Origin: an uncultured virus (IMG/VR IMGVR_UViG_3300043499_000172)
Taxonomy: Duplodnaviria > Heunggongvirae > Uroviricota > Caudoviricetes
Direction: 5' to 3' (one strand)
IMG/VR virus record: IMGVR_UViG_3300043499_000172
DNA length: 20,000 bases
This document shows, one piece after another, positions 8,514-15,012 of this stretch (the first letter of the stretch is position 1; each line of letters starts with the position of its first letter). The notes under the pieces are model-generated. The model was not told where the DNA came from. It ran no database searches and saw only the letters and a program-made list of their open reading frames with translations. The position numbers and the translations under genes are program-made.

Positions 8514-8912
8514 CTATTCAGAGAATTGACAGCCGGCGATGTACTGGTAGTTGTACGACGCCGCGTAGGCCGAGTTGTCATAGCCGCGCTCGGCCCACAT
8601 CTTGATGCACATGTTCTTCGCCGACCGGCAGCCCTTGACGAAGGTGGTGCCGGCCGGCGCCTTGTGGCGCTTGCTGCCGCTGCACTGGATCACCGTCAGG
8701 TGGCCGGGGAAGTCGTGGCGGTAGGACCTGGGCGGGGCAGCGACCTCGAAAGGTTCGTGGTCCCAACCCATGCAGTGGGCGCGCTCGTGCTCGAAGACCT
8801 CGCGGGTGCCGTCGGTGACGATCGTGCACCTGCTGCTGGTCGAGCCGTCGCACGACACCAGCGTCGCGGCGGCCGCCAACAAGGCCAGCAGTGTTGACTT
8901 ATAAGTCATCAT
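8514..8912 (-). CDS. Putative lipoprotein with HExxHxxGxxH zinc-binding (metzincin-type) motif
   Basis: Signal peptide MTYKSTLLALLAAAATLVS-C (lipobox-like); HERAHCMGWDH at 8789-8757; 7 Cys. Start at 8912 or 8909. Confidence 0.75.
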   Translation of the reverse strand: MMTYKSTLLALLAAAATLVSCDGSTSSRCTIVTDGTREVFEHERAHCMGWDHEPFEVAAPPRSYRHDFPGHLTVIQCSGSKRHKAPAGTTFVKGCRSAKNMCIKMWAERGYDNSAYAASYNYQYIAGCQFSE

Positions 8913-9438
8913 GCCACTCCATCGGGTCGAAGAAGTTGACGCCGGGGCCGACCAGCTTTTCCTTGCTCATGTCGATGTCGTCGCGGGCCAGCAGCCGGTT
9001 GTTGTCGGGGTTGACCTTGAGGCGGGCGACCCAGCGCGTCATCTTCTTGCCGCCGTCGCGCGAATAGGTGCCGACCATCAGGGCGTCCTCGCGGCCTGGC
9101 ATGTCGCGGACCTGACGGCCCTGCCGCTCGCCGGGCGCGACCTGGGCGACCCACACCTCGGAGATGAACGACAGCATGGTCAGTCTGGTGTCGAGCAGGC
9201 ACACCCCGCGCACCACGTCGAAGATCGCGTGCTTGACCCGCTCGCTGGTGAAATGCGCCTCCATGACGTGGACGGTGTCGCCCCACCACATGTTGAAGAA
9301 GGTCACCGGGTTGTCGTCATTGCTGCGCTTGGCGGCGAACCGCTGCTGCGCGAAGGTGATGTTCCATTCGTGAAACTGGTCGATCGTCATCGGCGTGAAG
9401 CGGTGCGACGGATGCCAGTGGATCGGCGCCTCGTTCAT
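8899..9438 (-). CDS. Hypothetical phage protein (179 aa)
   Basis: ATG 9438 overlaps the upstream TGA; GAGG RBS; FISEVW...PGREDAL motif. Confidence 0.8.
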   Translation of the reverse strand: MNEAPIHWHPSHRFTPMTIDQFHEWNITFAQQRFAAKRSNDDNPVTFFNMWWGDTVHVMEAHFTSERVKHAIFDVVRGVCLLDTRLTMLSFISEVWVAQVAPGERQGRQVRDMPGREDALMVGTYSRDGGKKMTRWVARLKVNPDNNRLLARDDIDMSKEKLVGPGVNFFDPMEWHDDL

Positions 9439-9737
9439 GGCTGCGCCCCCGCCTCTGTGCAGGCAAAGCACCGGACCTTCTCGGCGTCGGCGGGCACGCG
9501 GGCCTGCAGGTCCTTGCCGCACACGCAGCAGATCGCCGGCTTGACCGCATTTCGTGGCGGCTTCAGCGCGGCGACCAGCTTGCGCGCCTCGTCCATCTCG
9601 AAGCCGCTGCCCTCGTAGAAACTGCCGATCTTGGACGGATAGACGCGGCGGCAGGCCTTGTGGCCGCAGCCGCACAGGCGCCACGCGCCGAGCAGCGGGT
9701 GGGTCGGCAGGCTGTCGGTATCTTCTTGTGGGGTCAT
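9435..9737 (-). CDS. Cys-rich (putative Zn-finger) hypothetical protein
   Basis: CGCGHKAC and CCVC...CFAC. GGAG RBS before ATG 9737; alternative start 9755 (TGATG overlap). Confidence 0.7.
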   Translation of the reverse strand: MTPQEDTDSLPTHPLLGAWRLCGCGHKACRRVYPSKIGSFYEGSGFEMDEARKLVAALKPPRNAVKPAICCVCGKDLQARVPADAEKVRCFACTEAGAQP

Positions 9738-9754
9738 TTGCACGATCTCCATCA

Positions 9755-9943
9755 TCACCGCTGAAAGAACCAAATCAGCTCGTCCCGGTACTTTGTGAGC
9801 AGGATAGCCACAGGGCGGGGGATTTCGCGTCTCCCAGCGCGCCAGTGCATTACGGCGTACCGCGTCACCCCCAGCTTTTCGGCGGTGGTTTTCACCCGCC
9901 ATTTGAACGTCTTCTGGTAGTCCTTGAACTGGGCGGGGGTCAT
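9755..9943 (-). CDS. Small Cro/XRE-like helix-turn-helix protein (62 aa)
   Basis: MTPAQFK...TAEKLGVTRYAVMHWRAGRREIPRPVAILL; GAGGA RBS and ATGA overlap. Confidence 0.85.
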   Translation of the reverse strand: MTPAQFKDYQKTFKWRVKTTAEKLGVTRYAVMHWRAGRREIPRPVAILLTKYRDELIWFFQR

Positions 9944-10419
9944 TTTGTGTCCTCTGTCAGGTAGGTGATCTCGATCGGCACGGCGACGAGCATGTCCTGG
10001 CTGCGGCCGACGTCGTGCACCGTCGTCTCCTCGCTCGGCTCGATGCCGGCATACCAGTCGCCCTTCGAGCGGTCGGTGACATGCAGGCCGCGCGACCACT
10101 GGGTGATGAAGCCGACCGCCGCGCGGCGGCTGCGGAAGAGGCGCGGGATGCCGCCATCGAAGTAGCCGTCCTCGGTCGGGTCCCAGAACGAGCCGCCGCG
10201 GCCGTATGCCTGCGGCAGCATGAAGCCGGTGGCGACGTGCCTGACGACGTATAGCGCCGCCGGTGGGGATGCTTCGCCGACGGCCGCTAAACCGTCTCCA
10301 CACCTCCCACCGACTTGCCTCTGCGCGTCGCGCCGCGCTCGGGCCGATTCGTGAATGCGTTGCTTGGACCGCTCGTAGGCCGCCTCGAGTTCGGCGAGCA
10401 TCTGCTCGAGATTGGACAT
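9940..10419 (-). CDS. Hypothetical protein (159 aa)
   Basis: ATG 10419 one base after the upstream stop; GGSFWDP...PRLFRSRRAA...W motif. Confidence 0.7.
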   Translation of the reverse strand: MSNLEQMLAELEAAYERSKQRIHESARARRDAQRQVGGRCGDGLAAVGEASPPAALYVVRHVATGFMLPQAYGRGGSFWDPTEDGYFDGGIPRLFRSRRAAVGFITQWSRGLHVTDRSKGDWYAGIEPSEETTVHDVGRSQDMLVAVPIEITYLTEDTK

Positions 10420-10420
10420 G

Positions 10421-10654
10421 CTACCAGCCTCTTTCCTTGACCGCTGCAAGGCGCTGCTTGCTCAGCACGAGCATGTGCGCCTTGCCTGCCTCGGTCAGTT
10501 CGAAGCCTCTCGGGTTGCGCTGCACGAGACCGGCGCGCTCCAGGCGCTCGGCCATCGCCCACGCCGCCTTGGTGCCGGGGATGTGGGTGCCGAGCTTCTC
10601 GATGGACGCCATGCGCATGGCGGCAGCTTCGCCGAACTTAGGGAGACGGGCCAT
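10421..10654 (-). CDS. Small winged-helix-like protein (77 aa)
   Basis: RLERAGLVQR...FELTEAG resembles the recognition helix plus wing of MarR/PadR-like folds; GGAGG RBS. Confidence 0.7.
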   Translation of the reverse strand: MARLPKFGEAAAMRMASIEKLGTHIPGTKAAWAMAERLERAGLVQRNPRGFELTEAGKAHMLVLSKQRLAAVKERGW

Positions 10655-10879
10655 TTACCAGCCTCCCCAGGCAGGCCCGAACTCGTGCAGGTCCAGCTCC
10701 TTGCCGATGCGCTTGACCGCCTCGTAGGGGTCCTCGCCCTGCTCGCGCAGGTGGTCGAGATCCGCCTTGGCGTCGTCGACCAGCTCCTCGTAGCTCCACC
10801 ACCAGCGGGCGGCGCGACGCGCCTCCTTCCACCAGAGGTCCGGCGCCATCGGCATCGGCAATTGCACCAACGCGGCCAT
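10655..10879 (-). CDS. Small Trp-rich hypothetical protein (74 aa)
   Basis: GGGAG RBS before ATG 10879; abuts both neighbours. Confidence 0.7.
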   Translation of the reverse strand: MAALVQLPMPMAPDLWWKEARRAARWWWSYEELVDDAKADLDHLREQGEDPYEAVKRIGKELDLHEFGPAWGGW

Positions 10880-10880
10880 C

Positions 10881-11099
10881 TCAATCGTCTCCCGTGCGTT
10901 CAAGGAGGATGCGCGCGAGTTCATCGTCGAGGTCGTTGACCACTTGCTGCCAGTGCAGCTCGACGTCGAGCACGTCGTGCTCCGGCTGCGTGGCCAGCGC
11001 CCACTTGCGGACATGCTCCTCGGTCGGAGCGTCGACGACAGTGTGGCTGACGACGGTGTAGTCCTCTTTCCAAGCCCATTTGACGATCCAGCGCGGCAT
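10881..11099 (-). CDS. Small hypothetical protein, first gene of leftward operon (72 aa)
   Basis: ORF downstream of a leftward promoter and an ACAGGAAACAGGGAT leader. Confidence 0.75.
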   Translation of the reverse strand: MPRWIVKWAWKEDYTVVSHTVVDAPTEEHVRKWALATQPEHDVLDVELHWQQVVNDLDDELARILLERTGDD

Positions 11100-11132
11100 G
11101 TATCGAATCCCTGTTTCCTGTTTGCAGTCGTT

Positions 11133-11162
11133 GTTGTATGCGTACTAGGAGACACATGTCAA
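11133..11162 (-). promoter_or_regulatory. Putative sigma70-type promoter for the leftward operon
   Basis: Minus strand TTGACA (11162-11157), N18, TACAAC (11138-11133); same geometry as the promoter at 14919. Confidence 0.65.
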
Positions 11163-11476
11163 GCACCCGCGAATCCGTCATCGAGCAATACCTTGTCGAC
11201 TGCGTCGAAGCGCTGGGCGGCGTCGCCGAGAAAACGCGCGCCGGGACGCGCGGCTACTTCGACCGCGTCGTGGTACTGCCTGGGGGACGGATTATTTTTT
11301 GCGAGCTGAAAAAGCCGAAAGGATCGCGAACTGCTGTGCACCAGAGCGCGCGCCACACAAGATATAGACGGCTGGGCGCCGAGGTGGCGCTGATCAAGAC
11401 GGTGGCCGACGTTGACCGCCTGCTAGCTGCGGGCGTAGACAAGAAGCCCAATCAGACGAGCAACCAGGATACATGA
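11156..11476 (+). CDS. VRR-NUC domain nuclease (106 aa)
   Basis: RESVIEQYL...GGVAEK...GYFDRVVVLPGGRIIFCELKKPKG...HQ...LGAEV; TAGGAG RBS before ATG 11156. Confidence 0.92.
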   Translation: MSSTRESVIEQYLVDCVEALGGVAEKTRAGTRGYFDRVVVLPGGRIIFCELKKPKGSRTAVHQSARHTRYRRLGAEVALIKTVADVDRLLAAGVDKKPNQTSNQDT

Positions 11477-11484
11477 AACAGTTA

Positions 11485-11518
11485 GGCCGGGCGACGCTGT
11501 TGGGGCGTCGGCCCGGCC
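11485..11518 (+). other. GC-rich stem-loop in the primase leader
   Basis: GGCCGGGCGACGC-N7-GCGTC(G)GCCCGGCC: 13-bp stem with one bulge, no U tract. Confidence 0.55.
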
Positions 11519-11556
11519 CGATATGAAGGCCCCTACCGCTAAGAAAGGTCCATTCA

Positions 11557-14145
11557 ATGGCGCAACCATTACAGCCTAAAATCGTCCGCGACAATAAGCA
11601 TCCGCTCCTACAACGACGTCTCGCTGCGTCAGCCAATGGCTGGACGATCAATCCCAGCGTCTTCAAGATCGGCTGCAAGGGGTGGCCACGCCTGCCCTGC
11701 GACGAGGCAGCGATCCGCACGCACAAGCAGTGGCGGTCGCTCTATCACGACGGCACCGCCGTGCGGGTGGTCGGCAAGCTGGCGGTCTACGACTGCGACG
11801 TGTCGATCGACTGGGTCGCCGACCTGATCCTCGACGACCTGTTCTCGATCGACCCCGACGCCTTCAACGCCGCGGTGGTGCGCGATTCGGAGCGCGTCAG
11901 CCAAGCGCTGTTCTTCCGCACCGCGACGCCGTTCGGGCATATCTTGACCCACCACTACACGGCACACCCCGAGCTGTTGCCGCAGCTCGAGGCCGCCTAC
12001 GACATGAAGGTCGGCAACATCGAGGACGACGAGGACCAGGTCAACCTGATCCGCAGCCTGCACAAGCAGCTCGACCCGCAGAAGGTCGAGACCTACGGCC
12101 CGCTGTCGAAGGGCCGCCACTTCCAGTACGAAGGCACGCACTCACCGGGGCGCCAGTACCGATGCGGCGAGCGAGCGCCGTGGAACACCAAGGTCGACGA
12201 CCTGCCGCTGCTGCCGCTCACCCCCGAGGCGCTGGTCGAGCGCGCCGAGGCGATCCTCGCAGCCAACCTGACGCTGATACCAGAGCGCGTCGACAAGGGC
12301 GGCGAGGTCGTCTACGACCTGACGCCGGAGACGATGTTCTATCCCAAGGAAGGCATGCCCGGCACGGTCGCCGAGCTTGCCGACGGCCTGGAGTGGGATG
12401 CCTTGAACGGCATCTACGGCTGCCTGCCGTCGACGCGCGCATCGCAGAGCCAAGGCAACTGCAAGCTGTTCGTGACGCGGCGTGGGCGCATTGCCGTGCA
12501 GAACTGGGCGAACAACGGCCGCATCCACTACATGGTCTCAGATGCGCCGCCACCGCCCTTCGAGCTGCCGCAGAGCACCATCGACGCGCTGCGCGAGATA
12601 CAGCCGGCCAAGCCGGCCGAGCCGGACCCGGTGCCGCCGCGCGCCGAGCTGTCGCCCACCGCGACGCCCGAGGAGGCGCTCGACTTCCTGCTGATGAACT
12701 ACGCCTTCGACTACCACTCCGGCATGGTGGCGCGGCTGTACGGCACCGACATCGAGACGACGTTCATCAAGCTGGAGACCTTCCACAACCGCTACGCAGC
12801 CTACCGCTTCCCGCCTGGAGGCGGCGCGCACCAGCGGCCGACCGTGCCGACGCCGGTGTCGCGCGTCTGGCTGACGCGGCCGCAGCGCATCACGGTGGCA
12901 TCGACGCGGTTCCGGCCGGACAAGGCGTTCCCGCTCTACGAAGACGGCGGGCAGACCTTCAAGAACGTCTGGCAGGCGCCGCAACACCGCGGCGATGCCG
13001 ACATATCGTGGCTGATCGACAGCTTCTTCCCGGTGTTCATCCCCGACAAGGCCGAGCGCGACTGGTATCTCAACGTCACCGCGCACCGATGGGTCAACCC
13101 GGCGATACCGGGGCCGAGCGTGGTCATGGTGGCGCATGGCGCGGTGACCGCGACAGGATCCGACTACGGCACCGGGCGCAGCGGCTGGTTCGACTTCATG
13201 GCGCGGCTGTGGGGCCGGCAATACGTCCGCAACGAGGACTTCTCGGTGGTGGTCGGGCAGAACAGGCAGGGCGACTTCACATCGTGGAAGGCGTTCAAGC
13301 GGCTGATCACCATCGACGAGGCCAAGACGGCGCCTGAGCAGAACACCATGCGCGGCGGCAACGCCACCTACGAGCTGCTCAAGACCATGGTCGATCCGTC
13401 GCCGCGCTGGCGCACCTTCAAGGTCAAGTTCGAAAAGCCTTTCGAGGACTTCGACTACGCGCCGATCGACATCGCGTCGAACCACCAGGGCGCCGTGGCG
13501 GTGCCGCCGGGCGACAGGCGGTTCGGGGTGATCAACAACGGCCGCCCGCTGACGCCGGACGAGGCCAAGCGCTTCTACGCGATGATCGACCAGCCGGGCG
13601 TCATGGCGGCGTTCGCGCGATGGTGCGAGGCACGGGATCTCAGCAGCTTCAACCCCTACGCGCCACCACCGATGTTCAAGGCCAAGGCGCGCATGCAGGC
13701 GCTGTCGACGACCGAAATGGACAGCATCTTCACCGAGATGGCGAAGCGGTTCGGGCAGATGTTCACAAAGTCACAGGCGCGCGATTACGTGCTCAACCGG
13801 ATGGAGACGCGCCCCCACTCCTATGACACCACTTTCGACAAGCGGTTCGACGCTGCGTTCAGGGACTACTGCACGGCGCTGCGCGATCAGAGCGACGGCG
13901 AAAATCTCGACATCAAAGTGCAAAGACCGGGTCAGAGCGGCACCGTGAAACGCGAACGCGCGCATACTTTCGACGCGCGAAAAGTGGACCTTTTGTCCCT
14001 GCTCAAACCGCACGCGAGAGCCGCGGAAGTGGCAAAAAGTGAAAACGCGATCAAAATCGAGGCGCCGTTCAAGGTCGTGGAGGGCGGCGCTGACCAAAAC
14101 GCCCCTGATAGCAGGGACGATGTCCCTAAGCAGGGTCGCGACTAA
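11557..14145 (+). CDS. Primase-helicase: Prim-Pol/AEP-like N-terminus plus SF3 (D5/DUF5906-like) helicase
   Basis: N-terminal KGWP...AVYDCDV (DxD)...FQYEGTH; C-terminal GTGRS (Walker A variant), ITIDE (Walker B), IASNH (motif C), DRRF. AAGGT RBS. Confidence 0.85.
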   Translation: MAQPLQPKIVRDNKHPLLQRRLAASANGWTINPSVFKIGCKGWPRLPCDEAAIRTHKQWRSLYHDGTAVRVVGKLAVYDCDVSIDWVADLILDDLFSIDPDAFNAAVVRDSERVSQALFFRTATPFGHILTHHYTAHPELLPQLEAAYDMKVGNIEDDEDQVNLIRSLHKQLDPQKVETYGPLSKGRHFQYEGTHSPGRQYRCGERAPWNTKVDDLPLLPLTPEALVERAEAILAANLTLIPERVDKGGEVVYDLTPETMFYPKEGMPGTVAELADGLEWDALNGIYGCLPSTRASQSQGNCKLFVTRRGRIAVQNWANNGRIHYMVSDAPPPPFELPQSTIDALREIQPAKPAEPDPVPPRAELSPTATPEEALDFLLMNYAFDYHSGMVARLYGTDIETTFIKLETFHNRYAAYRFPPGGGAHQRPTVPTPVSRVWLTRPQRITVASTRFRPDKAFPLYEDGGQTFKNVWQAPQHRGDADISWLIDSFFPVFIPDKAERDWYLNVTAHRWVNPAIPGPSVVMVAHGAVTATGSDYGTGRSGWFDFMARLWGRQYVRNEDFSVVVGQNRQGDFTSWKAFKRLITIDEAKTAPEQNTMRGGNATYELLKTMVDPSPRWRTFKVKFEKPFEDFDYAPIDIASNHQGAVAVPPGDRRFGVINNGRPLTPDEAKRFYAMIDQPGVMAAFARWCEARDLSSFNPYAPPPMFKAKARMQALSTTEMDSIFTEMAKRFGQMFTKSQARDYVLNRMETRPHSYDTTFDKRFDAAFRDYCTALRDQSDGENLDIKVQRPGQSGTVKRERAHTFDARKVDLLSLLKPHARAAEVAKSENAIKIEAPFKVVEGGADQNAPDSRDDVPKQGRD

Positions 14146-14290
14146 CACATTGATATCATTGACTGCATCGTCGTAGTGCCCCTGTGCCCCTTCTAAATCA
14201 TAAAAAGTATGTACTTCATAAGTGGTGAGAGTGTGTGCGTAGGATTTCGGATGCCTCCGCGCGCGCGAGGGAAGGGACACAGGGACAAAT
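14100..14290. other. Putative replication origin (short inverted repeats, AT-rich core, IHF consensus)
   Basis: TGCCCCTGTGCCCCTT (14177-14192) and AAGGGACACAGGGACA (14272-14287) are a 14/16 inverted pair around an AT-rich stretch; TATCAATGTGTTA on the minus strand (14155-14143). Confidence 0.55.
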
Positions 14291-14335
14291 CCGCCGACCC
14301 GCCCATGTTGGGCGCCAACACGAGAGGAGAAGATA

Positions 14336-14764
14336 ATGTTCTACAAGGTCAACATGCGACACTGCATCAACCTCGATCATGTGGTCGAGATCATGACGAC
14401 GGATAAGCCCGCCGCCGATGGACGCTATTGCCGAACGTTCCTGATGGCGGACGGCAGCAGGCTACAGGAATTCTCGGTCAACCCGATGGACAACGACAGC
14501 CTGCCGCGTCCGATGATCGCGGCGCAGCCGGGCTACTTCGCGATCTCGTTCATCCAGGACGACGAGGGGCTGCATGTCTACCGGACGCCAATCATCGGGT
14601 GGGCGTGGTCTGAATACGGTGGCTATATCGAGGGCGTGTGCCTGGACAGCGAGGAAGACACCCGCACGATCGTGTGGCCGGACGGCACGGTCCACGCCGG
14701 CTGGAGCACTGTGTTCCCCAACGAAGCATCGTGGCTGGCTGAAGCGACACAGCCAGTCGCTTGA
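14336..14764 (+). CDS. Hypothetical protein (142 aa)
   Basis: AGGAG RBS; IAAQPGY...PIIGW...IVWPDGTV pattern. Confidence 0.85.
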   Translation: MFYKVNMRHCINLDHVVEIMTTDKPAADGRYCRTFLMADGSRLQEFSVNPMDNDSLPRPMIAAQPGYFAISFIQDDEGLHVYRTPIIGWAWSEYGGYIEGVCLDSEEDTRTIVWPDGTVHAGWSTVFPNEASWLAEATQPVA

Positions 14765-14767
14765 TGC

Positions 14768-14811
14768 TCGGCTCGCCAAACTGGCATTGAGGGTCGGCTC
14801 GCCAAACTGGC
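14768..14811 (+). repeat. Two exact 18-bp direct repeats TCGGCTCGCCAAACTGGC
   Basis: Copies at 14768-14785 and 14794-14811 with an 8-bp spacer. Confidence 0.9.
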
Positions 14812-14825
14812 CAGCCGCCTCGCCC

Positions 14826-14847
14826 GCGGCGCGCGCGCGCGCGCCGC
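14826..14847. repeat. Perfect 22-bp palindrome containing (GC)8
   Basis: GCGGCGCGCGCGCGCGCGCCGC is its own reverse complement. Confidence 0.9.
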
Positions 14848-14918
14848 CCCCGCGAGGGCGCCCGCCGGCGCCTTCCGCTGATGCTCCAGGCCGCCCCAAG
14901 GCCGCAGAAAACAAGGGG

Positions 14919-14948
14919 TTGACAGCTCTCCGAGCGTGGTCCTAGAAC
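14919..14948 (+). promoter_or_regulatory. Putative sigma70-type (early) promoter
   Basis: TTGACA (14919-14924), N18, TAGAAC (14943-14948); A-rich tract upstream; GAGGAG RBS and ATG 15013 downstream. Confidence 0.7.
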
Positions 14949-15012
14949 CACATCAGGCCCGGCGGTTCACCGGGTCCGAGAGACCTGTTCAACCGGCCGA
15001 GGAGCCAGCGCA

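Noticed and set aside
31..11000. Long plus-strand ORFs (e.g. 397-1308, 1514-2587, 5620-6840, 7441-8328)
   Set aside because: Antisense shadows of well-supported minus-strand genes in high-GC DNA; no motifs or RBS.
11557..14145. Intein or intron in primase, polA or helicase
   Set aside because: No intein splice motifs or homing-endonuclease signature seen; motif spacing is continuous.
14768..14811. Direct repeats as a mini-CRISPR array
   Set aside because: Two 18-bp copies with an 8-bp spacer are far too short.
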